A stretch of DNA of 64,000 nt, taken from a virus. The stretch spans positions 381-64,380 of IMG/VR virus record IMGVR_UViG_3300045988_148153, one strand, 5' to 3'. Below, piece by piece: positions 1 to 9,284 of this stretch. Every line of letters begins with the position of its first letter. Position 1 is the first letter of the stretch. The notes below the pieces were generated by a model. It was given only the letters and a program-made list of their open reading frames with translations. It was not told the origin of the DNA and searched no databases. The translations under genes and the position numbers were made by a program.

Positions 1-140
1 GAAATTTTGAAATCATAGAGGTTTGACCTATTCCAGCCGCAGAAAAGGTCAGAGCTATTACCGTACTAAAAGCCGTGAGAGAAGCGAAGTGCGCACCGCT
101 TCCCTTTAACCTTGTGCGGGCGGTTTAAAAACATAAGACA

Positions 141-377
141 ATGAAAGATGAACTGGAAGAACTGTACAAAGAACTGAACGAGGTAAAAGCCTGCGATTTG
201 GACTATCTTCCCAAGTATGGGTATTCCTCAAAAGAAGAAATCATTCAGCTTATAGAAGAAGACATCGAGGAATTGCGCACGGAACTCGAATGCAGTCAAT
301 ATGACTACACGCCTGATGAACTCGAAGATGAAAGGATAATGCTTTGCGTCAGTCAGGGATTATCAAGATATTGTTGA
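141..377 (+). CDS. hypothetical small, strongly acidic protein
   Basis: 78-aa ATG ORF with 23 Asp/Glu against 8 Lys/Arg. It is the first gene of a tightly packed + strand block. Confidence 0.5.
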   Translation: MKDELEELYKELNEVKACDLDYLPKYGYSSKEEIIQLIEEDIEELRTELECSQYDYTPDELEDERIMLCVSQGLSRYC

Positions 378-396
378 ATTTAAAACTTATAATATT

Positions 397-1212
397 ATGG
401 GATTAGAAAATTATGAAGTGCTTCCGGTAGAAGCGCAGGATGTACAAATCATACAGGTTGATGCCGTTGAACGTGCCAATGTTGACAGCCAAGTGGCGAC
501 AGCCAAACAATATCCAAGAAGTATTAAAAGGTGCGTTGACAATTCTATTGCTATGGCAACAATGGATGTTGATACAGCTCAAAGTTGTGGATATGCGTTG
601 CCTCGTGGCGGAAAACCTATTACAGGTCCGTCCGTTCACCTTGCAAAGATTATTGTATCTAATTGGGGCAACATGAGAACAGAAGCTAAGGTAGTTCAAA
701 TTACCGACAAGCAAATAATCAGTAGAGGAACCTGCTGGGATTTGGAAGCGAACGTAGCTTCTGCCTTTGAAGTGAGAAGAAGTATTGTAGGTAAAAATGG
801 AAATAAATTCAGCGATGACATGATTACTGTTACTGGAAATGCCGCAAATAGCATTGCATACAGGAATGCGGTATTTGCGGTAGTACCTAAAGCAGTTGTT
901 GAAAAAGTATATAAGGCTGCGCAAAAGTTTATCACAGGTGACTTGTCTGATGAAGAAAAAATAATCAAGAGAAGAAAAGGAGCAATAGACTTCTTGTTTG
1001 ACGAATACGGAATTATCGAAGAAGAGGTAATCAAGCTATGCGGCAAGCAAACAATCAATCAGATTAAAGCGAATGAAATCGCGTTGCTTCTTGGTATTGT
1101 GCAGTCGCTAAAAGATGGAGATACTACCGTTGATGAACTTATGAAGCCAATCAGGGAAAGCAAGGAATCAAAAAAGGAAGCAATGAAAAAAGCTGTTGAG
1201 CAAAATGATTGA
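397..1212 (+). CDS. putative single-strand annealing protein (recombinase partner of the exonuclease; family unresolved)
   Basis: 271-aa ORF whose 3' end overlaps the YqaJ-type exonuclease gene by 17 nt. Position and size fit the annealase of an Exo/SSAP pair. I could not assign RecT, Red-beta or Rad52-like by eye. Confidence 0.55.
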   Translation: MGLENYEVLPVEAQDVQIIQVDAVERANVDSQVATAKQYPRSIKRCVDNSIAMATMDVDTAQSCGYALPRGGKPITGPSVHLAKIIVSNWGNMRTEAKVVQITDKQIISRGTCWDLEANVASAFEVRRSIVGKNGNKFSDDMITVTGNAANSIAYRNAVFAVVPKAVVEKVYKAAQKFITGDLSDEEKIIKRRKGAIDFLFDEYGIIEEEVIKLCGKQTINQIKANEIALLLGIVQSLKDGDTTVDELMKPIRESKESKKEAMKKAVEQND

Positions 1213-1873
1213 GCAAGGTTCAAAGGAGTGGTTTGTCTCCCGGTTGGGTTACTTTACAGGAAGCCGCATAGGCGACCTCATGACAAGTGGCAAAAAAGGC
1301 GAACTTTTTGGAAAGACTGCCATGTCATATATCTATGAAATTGCGTCAGAAAGAAACCTTCTTCCCAAATATATTGAAGATGATTACTACTTCGAGATAT
1401 ACCAGCAGCAAGTAAGTTTCAGCAATAAATATACTGATTGGGGGCATGAGATTGAAGACTTCGCAGCCGAACGTTACCAGCTCGCCACAGGTTTCGAACT
1501 TGAAGAGTGTGAAAGCATACAGCATCCTATAATACCTTACTTTTCCGCTTCTCCCGACCGTACAGCAATCAAAGGCGGGATGAAGAAAGTGGTGGAAATA
1601 AAGTGCCCTTTGCCTAAAACATTCATGGAATACATGGCAGAGGTTAAGGATAACGACACCCTGAAAGCGGTCAATCCTAAATATTTTCATCAAATACAGG
1701 CTGAAATGACTTGTACAGGATTAGACAGAGCCGATTTTGTTGCTTTCTGCCCGTTTCTGAAACATAACATGCACATCGTAGAGATAACAAGGGATGATAT
1801 AGTAATATCGGAATTCGAAAAGCGCATAACTGAAGCAAACAAAATTATTAATCAAATACTGAATAAGAAATGA
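1196..1873 (+). CDS. YqaJ / lambda-Exo-like PD-(D/E)xK recombination exonuclease
   Basis: The N-terminal QGSKEWFVSRLGYFTGSRIGDLM matches the YqaJ viral recombinase signature. VVEIKCP fits the ExK nuclease motif. Confidence 0.8.
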   Translation: MSKMIEQGSKEWFVSRLGYFTGSRIGDLMTSGKKGELFGKTAMSYIYEIASERNLLPKYIEDDYYFEIYQQQVSFSNKYTDWGHEIEDFAAERYQLATGFELEECESIQHPIIPYFSASPDRTAIKGGMKKVVEIKCPLPKTFMEYMAEVKDNDTLKAVNPKYFHQIQAEMTCTGLDRADFVAFCPFLKHNMHIVEITRDDIVISEFEKRITEANKIINQILNKK

Positions 1874-2169
1874 TTTTAACAGGAAGCATTTGTCTTAGTG
1901 ACATTCCCCGTGAGCAAATGAAGAAAGTAGTCTGCAAAGACGGGAAAGAGAGAATTTATTTAAATGTGGCGGTTATCGAACGCAAGGAGCCTTCACAGTT
2001 TGGGCATACCCATTTTATTACGTGCGCCCCCAAACAGGAAGAGCGCAAAGAGGGGACACAATATATTTTTGGAGATTTCAAGGAATATAGGCCTGTTCAG
2101 AGCAGTCCAACGCCGGAACAAGTTGCGGAAGCTCCGGGATTATCCCCGCAAGATGATTTGCCATTCTAA
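1870..2169 (+). CDS. small protein with SSB-like acidic C-terminal tip (possible ssDNA-binding or recombination accessory factor)
   Basis: 99-aa ORF with an ATGA overlap onto the exonuclease gene. The C-terminus ...SPQDDLPF mimics the DDDIPF tip of bacterial SSB. Confidence 0.6.
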   Translation: MILTGSICLSDIPREQMKKVVCKDGKERIYLNVAVIERKEPSQFGHTHFITCAPKQEERKEGTQYIFGDFKEYRPVQSSPTPEQVAEAPGLSPQDDLPF

Positions 2170-2175
2170 AATATT

Positions 2176-2613
2176 ATGCAATACGACCTATCCAACCCAC
2201 TCCACAAAGAACAGTTCAAAATACGATGCAACCATCTATTCTCAAAGGGCTGCATTGTGGAACTGACGGAAAAGAAGCCTAAAAGGACAACGCAGCAGAA
2301 CAAATACCTGCACACTCTTTTAGGCTTCTTCGCTTGTGAGACCGGGAACACACTGGAATACGTAAAACAGAACTATTACAAGAAGCTGGTAAATCCTGCA
2401 ATATTTACCCGTAGGATTAATGATAAGTTTTTGGGAGAAGTGGAAGTTTTACGTAGTTCCACTGATTTAGATACGGCGGAAATGACTACGAGCATTGAGC
2501 GTTTTCGCAATTGGGCGAGTGCCGAATGCGGTGTCTATCTGCCAAGCCCTGATGAAGAGAGGTTATTGCAATTAATGGAGATTGAAATAGACAGAAACAA
2601 AACTTTTATTTAA
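2176..2613 (+). CDS. ninB: NinB/Orf-family recombination mediator
   Basis: RTTQQNKYLHTLLG and SSTDLDTAEMTTSIERFRNWASAECGVYLPSPDE align by eye with lambda Orf (RSLDQNRKLWACLG ... STSRMRVGEFAELLELIQAFGTERGVKWSDE). Confidence 0.65.
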   Translation: MQYDLSNPLHKEQFKIRCNHLFSKGCIVELTEKKPKRTTQQNKYLHTLLGFFACETGNTLEYVKQNYYKKLVNPAIFTRRINDKFLGEVEVLRSSTDLDTAEMTTSIERFRNWASAECGVYLPSPDEERLLQLMEIEIDRNKTFI

Positions 2614-2624
2614 AATAGAAAATT

Positions 2625-3230
2625 ATGCATACATGGTTTGAGTGTAAAATCCGTTACGAGAAAACAATGGAAAACGGAATGAACAAGAAAGTTACCGAAC
2701 CTTATCTGGTAGACGCACTCAGCTTTACAGAAGCGGAAGCGCGCATCATTGAAGAAATGACGCCGTTTATTTCCGGTGAGTTTACCGTATCGGATATTAA
2801 ACGGGCGAATTACAGTGAACTCTTCCCTTGCGAAGAAGATGCTGCCGACCGTTGGTTCAAATGCAAACTGGTTTTCATCACATTGGATGAAAAAAGCGGT
2901 GCGGAGAAGAAAACATCTACTCAGGTACTGGTACAAGCCGCCGACCTGCGCGACGCAGTAAAGAAACTGGATGAGGGTATGAAAGGTACAATGGCCGACT
3001 ATCAAATTGCGTCGGTAGCAGAAACCTCTATTATGGATGTATATCCGTATGATCCAAAGGAAACTGAAGGTGATAGTAATACGGAAGTATCCCGATTTAT
3101 CAATAGATTCCCAGAGGGTCAGTGTACAGAGGTCACAATTGGCGGCAAATCGGTCATCATCGATAAAACCGGAAATAAACCTAAAGTCATTCCAAACGGA
3201 AGTATAGAAAGTGAGGCTAAAAATGAATGA
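2625..3230 (+). CDS. DUF4494-like protein
   Basis: The N-terminus MHTWFECKIRYEKTMENGMNKKVTEPYLVDALSFTEAEARIIEEM resembles the Bacteroidetes DUF4494 family. This is from memory and was not searched. Confidence 0.6.
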   Translation: MHTWFECKIRYEKTMENGMNKKVTEPYLVDALSFTEAEARIIEEMTPFISGEFTVSDIKRANYSELFPCEEDAADRWFKCKLVFITLDEKSGAEKKTSTQVLVQAADLRDAVKKLDEGMKGTMADYQIASVAETSIMDVYPYDPKETEGDSNTEVSRFINRFPEGQCTEVTIGGKSVIIDKTGNKPKVIPNGSIESEAKNE

Positions 3231-3397
3231 TTATATCCCGGATTGGTATATCCCTAATAAATAACCATAATTATTAACTAAACGCCCTCTGCTCACGCAG
3301 AAGTCCCGTGAAAGGTTCGGGTTAAGTGAAATCAGCTAACAGTTAACTATCCCGGTGTGGCTTGACCGCCTATCCGGGAGCAATTTGTTAACCTGCC

Positions 3398-3425
3398 TGC
3401 CCGGTCTGTGAAGATATGGCGGGCA
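3398..3425 (+). other. GC-stem hairpin presenting the conserved loop GGTCTGTGAAGATA (copy 1)
   Basis: Stem TGCCC/GGGCA encloses the loop ggtctgtgaagatatggc. The same 14-mer sits in a hairpin loop at 63578-63591. The hairpin lies in a 345-nt non-coding gap. Confidence 0.5.
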
Positions 3426-3576
3426 AACGGGGAATATGGTAGCGTTGAACGTATTGGATGGTTATTCTTTTTGATTGCCAATTAGTATTAGTTATTCATG
3501 AGTTTATTATCATCTACCATCCAGCAAAACAACGTGCTCTGTTCGATTCGGAGCTTCCCACTAAATATAACTTATC

Positions 3577-3741
3577 ATGAAACTTACAATAACCAAATCC
3601 GAAGGTGCAATTCTGATGAAGCTTTTGAAAGACCGGAAGACCGACATTCTTAATGCAAATGGTGACAGCAAACAATGCGAGGTACTTAGCAAGTTAAGCA
3701 AGAAGATTGCAAGACAGGTGAAAAAATCCTACAAGACATGA
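3577..3741 (+). CDS. hypothetical small protein (54 aa, below ORF-track cutoff)
   Basis: ATG ORF MKLTITKSEGAILMKLLKDRKTD...; its stop overlaps the next ATG (ATGA). Confidence 0.45.
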   Translation: MKLTITKSEGAILMKLLKDRKTDILNANGDSKQCEVLSKLSKKIARQVKKSYKT

Positions 3742-3923
3742 AGCCTTACGTAATAACCTCTGCGGTTCTTATTACCTATGATGGAAAGAAGATACCGTTA
3801 GAGCGTATAAGAAGCGAGATAATAACCCGACCTATCCAGTTGACTAAGGAGAGGATACTTGATGCTTTCTCCACGATGAGGGATAAACCGGTGGATGTGG
3901 AACTTAAAATAAAGTATATATGA
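3738..3923 (+). CDS. hypothetical protein
   Basis: 61-aa ORF translationally coupled to its neighbours on both sides by ATGA overlaps. Confidence 0.5.
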   Translation: MKPYVITSAVLITYDGKKIPLERIRSEIITRPIQLTKERILDAFSTMRDKPVDVELKIKYI

Positions 3924-4273
3924 GACATTTAGAAGATAATCTCCAAAAATCTATAATTAAATATTGGGACTTGAAATATCCTAAATGGGAGAAACGGCTT
4001 GCTTGTGTTCCCAACGGAGGAAAGCGCAACGCCATTGAAGCCGCAAAATTCAAGCAAATGGGCGTTCGGGCTGGATTCCCCGATTTAATTCTCCTTATCC
4101 CCAACAAGTTCTATCCATTTTGTGGAATAGAATTGAAGATAAAGACTGGCAGGCAATCTGAACATCAGAAAGAATATCAGAAGGAGTTTGAAAGTATTGG
4201 CGCTAAATATGTCGTTGTCCGGTCACTTGATGAGTTTATAAAAGTTGTAAACGATTATTTGAAAGATGTATGA
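3920..4273 (+). CDS. VRR-NUC domain nuclease
   Basis: GFPDLILL ... IELKIKTGRQSEHQ forms a PD-(D/E)xK core arranged as in VRR-NUC proteins. Confidence 0.75.
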   Translation: MRHLEDNLQKSIIKYWDLKYPKWEKRLACVPNGGKRNAIEAAKFKQMGVRAGFPDLILLIPNKFYPFCGIELKIKTGRQSEHQKEYQKEFESIGAKYVVVRSLDEFIKVVNDYLKDV

Positions 4274-4977
4274 CAATGGCAAAAGATAGCTTTATAATAT
4301 ATAAGTCTTTCTACAAACCTATATCAAGATTATCAGACAAACAGCTTGGACGATTATTCCGTGCAATTTTCAAGTATCAACTTGGCGAGGAGGTTACGGT
4401 AGAGGAGGACATTGAAATGGCATTTGGTTTCTTCATCAATCAATTTGAGATAGACGAAACTAAATATCATGGCATTGTCGAGAGAAACCGGAACAACGGG
4501 CGTAAAGGTGGTGCTCCGATTGGGAATAGCAACGCAAAATCGAAACAACCCAAACAACCCAGTGGGTTAAATTCAACCCAAACAACCCAAAACAAGCCTA
4601 ATGAAAATGATAATGAAAATGATATAGAGAAAGAATCTCCTAACGGAGATAAGAAAGCGATTCCCAAAAACAAGGAAGTTGATTTGTCTTTTGTTGATGA
4701 GGGTTTTAAAGATGCATTTAGGGAATGGCTTGGATATAAGCGCGAGCGAAGGGAAAGCTATAAATCTGACAAGTCGCTAAAAATGTGCTATAATCATCTA
4801 TTAGAGTTAAGTGACAACAATCCCCAAAAAGCAAGATATATTGTTGAGCAATCAATTGCAAACAACTATTCCGGATTATTTGAACTAAAAAATTATGGAA
4901 AGAATCGGAAACCTGATACTGAACCAGACAAAAGCTCCGCCGGTATCAAATCAATTGTCTTCGGCAAACAAAGCTAA
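4270..4977 (+). CDS. putative replication organiser/initiator-like protein
   Basis: The N-terminal FYKPISRLSDKQLGRLFRAIFKY and C-terminal FREWLGYKRERRESYKS...SIANNYSGLF resemble phage replication-associated domains (from memory). The gene sits directly upstream of a DnaC-like ATPase. Confidence 0.5.
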   Translation: MTMAKDSFIIYKSFYKPISRLSDKQLGRLFRAIFKYQLGEEVTVEEDIEMAFGFFINQFEIDETKYHGIVERNRNNGRKGGAPIGNSNAKSKQPKQPSGLNSTQTTQNKPNENDNENDIEKESPNGDKKAIPKNKEVDLSFVDEGFKDAFREWLGYKRERRESYKSDKSLKMCYNHLLELSDNNPQKARYIVEQSIANNYSGLFELKNYGKNRKPDTEPDKSSAGIKSIVFGKQS

Positions 4978-5596
4978 TCAGAAACAATGGAGCAAGGAAC
5001 AGGCTGATATGTACTGGCGCAACCAACTTGTAATTTCTATGAAATCCATTTCACCGACCTTTACAATTGATGACAGCAACCGCCAACTGTTGAAAGCTCT
5101 TTATCAATGGATATGGGGAATGCCTGGAATACTTGATTTAGATAAGGGACTGTTATTACACGGTTCTATCGGGGTAGGCAAATCCACTTTACTGAAAGGG
5201 TTACAGAATTATGCGGCGAAAATTGCCCGCTATTGTATTGGTGGTGCGGATGCCGGATTGACCTTTCAATTTACCAGCGCTGCCGAGATTGCCTTACAGT
5301 TTGCCGAGAAGGGAATTGCCGGGTTAAACCAATACACAGACAGGTCATGTATGCACAATCTTGCCATTGACGAAGTAGGTAGGGAGCCAATGGATGCCAA
5401 GCACTTCGGTACAGGCATCAATGCCATTCAGACCGTTTTGCAACTGCGCTATGAGCAGAGATATTGTTTCTACACCCACATGACTACCAATCTTGACCCG
5501 AACACGGAGTTTTCCGGGCGGTATGGGGATTATATTGCCGACCGGGTTAAAGAGATGTTCAATGTGGTTAAAATTGAAGGTAAAAGCCGAAGATAG
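4895..5596 (+). CDS. DnaC/IstB-like AAA+ ATPase (helicase loader)
   Basis: Walker A GSIGVGKST and Walker B LAIDEVG. An in-frame ATG at 5009 would remove the 83-nt overlap with the upstream gene. Confidence 0.7.
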   Translation: MERIGNLILNQTKAPPVSNQLSSANKANQKQWSKEQADMYWRNQLVISMKSISPTFTIDDSNRQLLKALYQWIWGMPGILDLDKGLLLHGSIGVGKSTLLKGLQNYAAKIARYCIGGADAGLTFQFTSAAEIALQFAEKGIAGLNQYTDRSCMHNLAIDEVGREPMDAKHFGTGINAIQTVLQLRYEQRYCFYTHMTTNLDPNTEFSGRYGDYIADRVKEMFNVVKIEGKSRR

Positions 5597-5755
5597 ATGG
5601 CAAAGGAAAAAGAACCCCTCTCCCCCGTCCACTGCCACCAATGCTCATACGCCAAAGACTTTATCGGAAACTCATGCCTCTGTAAGGCTAAAGGTCATAG
5701 GGTATGCGCATGTGACAGGTACGGAAGGATATGTGGATGTTATGTTAAAAAATAA
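5597..5755 (+). CDS. Cys-rich small protein (52 aa, zinc-ribbon-like)
   Basis: ATG lies 1 nt after the previous stop. There are 8 Cys arranged CxxC...CxC...CxC...CxC. The ORF is hidden inside the 5' extension of the track ORF 5493..7601. Confidence 0.45.
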   Translation: MAKEKEPLSPVHCHQCSYAKDFIGNSCLCKAKGHRVCACDRYGRICGCYVKK

Positions 5756-5768
5756 TTTATACACGATT

Positions 5769-7601
5769 ATGAAATCACTCAAAGAGATACTTAAAAGTTT
5801 AGAGGGTCTATCCGATATAGAGATATTCGTGATAGACCTTTTTTGTGGCGCAGGAGGTCTGTCTGAAGGTGTGGAAGAAGCTCGTTTGAATGGCAGAAAA
5901 TGTGCTAAAGTGGTATGTTGTGTAAACCACGATAAGAATGCCATCCTTTCACATGATGCCAACATTCCTGATGCACTTCATTTCATTGAGGATATTCGTA
6001 CACTGGCGCTTTCACCGATAAATACTATTGTTGAACGTATCCGTGAATTATATCCTGATTCGATGATAATGCTTCATGCTTCTTTGGAGTGTACCAACTT
6101 CTCGAAAGCTAAAGGTGGTCAACCGAGAGATGCTGATAGCCGGACGCTGGCAGAGCATCTCTTCCGTTATATTGATGTTATAGACCCTGACTACATTCAG
6201 ATTGAAAATGTAGAAGAGTTTATGTCATGGGGAGATATGGATGAGAATGGCAAGCCTATTTCAATGGATAAAGGACGCTTGTATCAGAAGTGGGTGCGCA
6301 ATGTGAAGAAGTACGGTTACAATTTCGAGCACCGCATCTTGAACGCTGCCGACTATGGGGCATACACCACACGAAAGCGATTCTTTGGCATCTTCGCCAA
6401 GAAAGGGTTGCCTATAGTATTCCCCGAACCTACTCACTGTAAAGGTGGTAGAAATGATATGTTCTCCAAAATGGAGAAGTGGAAACCGGTAAAGGAGGTG
6501 CTTGACTTCTCCGATGAGGGGAGCACCATTTTTCGAGAAAAGCCTTTGTCAGAGAAAACCCTTGAACGCATCTATGCAGGATTGATAAAGTTCGTAGCTG
6601 GTGGTAAGGATTCCTTTCTTTCCCGCTACAATACCGTCCGACCGCAAGATACTTGCAAGTCAGTTGATGAGCCATGCGGAGTACTGACTACTGAAAACCG
6701 TTTTGCGAAAGTACAAGTAAGTTTCCTCTCCAAACAATTCAGCGGACACCCCGACAGCAAGAATGTATCGGTGGAAGAGCCGGCAGGTGCCATTACCTGT
6801 AAAGACCACCACGCTTTTGTATCGGCTTACTACGGGAACGGGCATAATCATTCAGTGGAACTTCCTGCACCTACGGTTACGACAAGGGATAGGTTGGCGT
6901 TGATAGATAGTCAATTCATGTGTTCCTACAATTTCAATGATGCAGGAAAGGACATTAACGAGCCATGCCCTACGCTTCTGACGAAAGACAGGCTTTCCCT
7001 TGTATCACCGAGATTCATCGCTAACGAGTATTCGGGTGGTGGGCAGCATACAAGCATTAACGATGTGTGCCCGGCAATCCTTACCAATCCCAAGCAGAAG
7101 TTGATAACGTGCCAGCCGTGGATAATGAACACAGCTTTCTCCAATGTCGGAAGTAGTATAGAAGAACCGTCCCAGACCATTACAGCCAATCGCAAATGGC
7201 ACTACTTGATGAATCCACAGTTTAACAGTGCAGGAGGTTCCGTTGATAATCCCTGCTTCACGCTCATAGCCCGTATGGATAAGATGCCGCCCTACTTGGT
7301 GGCAACAGAGAGCGGACAGGTAGCCATTGAAATCTACGAAACAGACAGCCCCATGATCCGAAAAATAAAGGAGTTCATGGCATTGTATGGCATAGTGGAT
7401 ATTAAGATGCGTATGCTTCGTATTCCCGAACTGAAACGCATCATGGGATTCCCAGAAGATTACGTATTGGTAGGTACACAGGCAGACCAAAAGAAATTCA
7501 TTGGCAATGCCGTAGAGGTGACACAGGCAAGGAAGAATACCGAAGCGCTCTGTGAGAAGTTAAGAGAATTGAGATTGAATAAATTAAATGAGGTAGCATA
7601 A
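5769..7601 (+). CDS. DNA (cytosine-5)-methyltransferase
   Basis: Motif I FVIDLFCGAGGLSEG, motif IV-like HASLECTNFSKA, motif VI IQIENVEEF and motif X FIGNAVEV. I chose the ATG at 5769 because the upstream 276 nt of the track ORF overlap two other genes. Confidence 0.8.
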   Translation: MKSLKEILKSLEGLSDIEIFVIDLFCGAGGLSEGVEEARLNGRKCAKVVCCVNHDKNAILSHDANIPDALHFIEDIRTLALSPINTIVERIRELYPDSMIMLHASLECTNFSKAKGGQPRDADSRTLAEHLFRYIDVIDPDYIQIENVEEFMSWGDMDENGKPISMDKGRLYQKWVRNVKKYGYNFEHRILNAADYGAYTTRKRFFGIFAKKGLPIVFPEPTHCKGGRNDMFSKMEKWKPVKEVLDFSDEGSTIFREKPLSEKTLERIYAGLIKFVAGGKDSFLSRYNTVRPQDTCKSVDEPCGVLTTENRFAKVQVSFLSKQFSGHPDSKNVSVEEPAGAITCKDHHAFVSAYYGNGHNHSVELPAPTVTTRDRLALIDSQFMCSYNFNDAGKDINEPCPTLLTKDRLSLVSPRFIANEYSGGGQHTSINDVCPAILTNPKQKLITCQPWIMNTAFSNVGSSIEEPSQTITANRKWHYLMNPQFNSAGGSVDNPCFTLIARMDKMPPYLVATESGQVAIEIYETDSPMIRKIKEFMALYGIVDIKMRMLRIPELKRIMGFPEDYVLVGTQADQKKFIGNAVEVTQARKNTEALCEKLRELRLNKLNEVA

Positions 7602-8107
7602 TGGAAACTGAAAAACTCATATTAGATGCTTGTTGTGGTAGCCGGATGTTTTGGTTCGACAAGCAAAATCCAAACGTTTTGTTCGTGGATAAACGCTCTG
7701 AAACAGTTACGGCAAAGGACAGAGATAGGGTAAGAACCATAGAAGTGAAACCGGATATTGTGGCCGACTTTACCAATTTTCCATTTGAAGATAATTCCTT
7801 CTACATGGTAGTATTTGACCCACCGCATCTGAAAACACTTGGTGAAACCTCATGGATGGCAAAGAAGTATGGTAAACTACCCAAAGATTGGCAATCGCTT
7901 ATACATGACGGATTTACCGAGTGTATGCGCGTCTTGAAGCCTAACGGTACACTCATATTCAAGTGGAATGAAAGCGAAATAAAAGCCGCGGAAGTTTTGT
8001 CCGTTATTCCGTTCAAACCACTTTTTGGACATACTACCGGTAGGCAGAGTAAAACAATATGGATGTGTTTCATGAAAAATGAAGTATTGAATTATGCCAA
8101 TAAGTGA
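7601..8107 (+). CDS. small SAM-dependent DNA amino-methyltransferase (N6-A or N4-C)
   Basis: Motif I LILDACCGSR followed by motif IV VFDPPH. TAATG overlap with the C5 methyltransferase gene. Confidence 0.65.
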   Translation: METEKLILDACCGSRMFWFDKQNPNVLFVDKRSETVTAKDRDRVRTIEVKPDIVADFTNFPFEDNSFYMVVFDPPHLKTLGETSWMAKKYGKLPKDWQSLIHDGFTECMRVLKPNGTLIFKWNESEIKAAEVLSVIPFKPLFGHTTGRQSKTIWMCFMKNEVLNYANK

Positions 8108-8840
8108 AGTATATAACTGTGATAGAATGGATTTTCTATCTAAGTTTCCAGATAAGTTTTTTGATTTGATAATAGATGACCCACCCTATGGAATTGGAGC
8201 GGATAATCCTTCTGCCAAGCCTAATACTGTAAAACAAAGGAATGGCAGTATATTGTCTGTTAAACAATCTGTCTATCCTAAATCCGATTGGGATTCACGA
8301 GTTCCGCCACCAGAGTATTTCGATGAAGTAAAAAGGGTTAGTAAAAATCAGATAATATGGGGAGTAAACTACTTTAATTATGATTTTACTGGTGGGCGCA
8401 TTGTTTGGGATAAGCTAAACGGAAAGTCCGATCAATATGATTGTGAAATAGCTTACTGCAGTATAAATAACAGAACAGACCTTGTATATTGCATGTGGAG
8501 AGGAATGATTCAAGGCTCTTATTGCGGTAAGGATTTATCTAAGGCAATCATCCAGCAAGGAAATAAAAATCTGAATGAAAAACGCATTCATCCATGTCAA
8601 AAACCGATAATCTTATACGCATGGTTACTCAAGCAATATTCCCAATCCGGATACAAGATTGGAAGTCCTCATATGGGCAGTCAGAGCGATAGGATTGCTG
8701 CCTATAAACTTGGGTTTGATTTCTGGGGATGCGATAAAGACAAACACTACTTTGAAGCGGGTAACATTCGTTTTCGTCAAGAGTGTTTCGGTGAGACAAA
8801 AACCGGGAAAGGAACTTTGGTGCAGACAAGTTTATTTTGA
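8094..8840 (+). CDS. DNA methyltransferase, N4/N6 family (beta-class order)
   Basis: IIDDPPYG near the N-terminus, then HPCQKP and a degenerate SAM-binding region. Confidence 0.75.
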   Translation: MPISEVYNCDRMDFLSKFPDKFFDLIIDDPPYGIGADNPSAKPNTVKQRNGSILSVKQSVYPKSDWDSRVPPPEYFDEVKRVSKNQIIWGVNYFNYDFTGGRIVWDKLNGKSDQYDCEIAYCSINNRTDLVYCMWRGMIQGSYCGKDLSKAIIQQGNKNLNEKRIHPCQKPIILYAWLLKQYSQSGYKIGSPHMGSQSDRIAAYKLGFDFWGCDKDKHYFEAGNIRFRQECFGETKTGKGTLVQTSLF

Positions 8841-8854
8841 AAAGCAAAATTAGT

Positions 8855-8971
8855 ATGATACAAAGTATTGGCGCATTTAAGTACTGGCTCCGGATACACG
8901 GCTATCGCTTGGAGTGGTTCGGTACTGGAACAAAAAATAATCCGATAAAGGTTAAATCAAAAAGAAAGTAA
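8855..8971 (+). CDS. possible 38-aa ORF
   Basis: ATG ORF filling the gap between two genes. Its stop lies 1 nt before the next ATG. Confidence 0.3.
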   Translation: MIQSIGAFKYWLRIHGYRLEWFGTGTKNNPIKVKSKRK

Positions 8972-8972
8972 T

Positions 8973-9284
8973 ATGAAACAGACAGTAGAAGAAGCAGCAA
9001 AGACTTTCAGCAATCATTTAACTGTAAGTAATGTAGTTAAAAACTTAACGGAATTAGCTTTCAAAGCTGGTGCAGAATGGCAGGCAAAGCAATCTCCGTG
9101 GATAAGCGTTAAGGAACGGTTGCCGGAAAAGGATGGGTATTACCTTGTTACTGACGGGGTTAATATTGTTATAGCTTATTTCTTTAAATGCTGGGATAGG
9201 TTTGCAAAATATGAGAGCTATCCGCATCCATTTTATGAAGAAGGGGTAATAAAGGCTTATATGCCCATCCCCTCTTTCGACTAA
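8973..9284 (+). CDS. DUF551-like protein
   Basis: WISVKERLPEKDGYYLV matches the DUF551 signature as I remember it. Confidence 0.6.
   Translation: MKQTVEEAAKTFSNHLTVSNVVKNLTELAFKAGAEWQAKQSPWISVKERLPEKDGYYLVTDGVNIVIAYFFKCWDRFAKYESYPHPFYEEGVIKAYMPIPSFD

Noticed and set aside
28-128. Open frame without a start codon at the very beginning of the window.
   Set aside because: All three forward frames hit stops within the first 30 nt, so it is not the tail of an upstream gene, and it has no ATG, GTG or TTG. I treat it as an intergenic leader.
3534-3560. T-arm-like hairpin GCTCTG-TTCGATT-CGGAGC followed by TTCCCA, which could be the 3' end of a tRNA or tmRNA.
   Set aside because: No complementary acceptor strand (TGGGAAG) and no D or anticodon arms could be found within 350 nt upstream. 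I treat it as an isolated hairpin.
5493-5768. N-terminal 92-codon extension of the long ORF 5493..7601.
   Set aside because: It overlaps the end of the DnaC-like gene and the whole Cys-rich micro-ORF. It has no methyltransferase motifs. The ATG at 5769 sits just before motif I.
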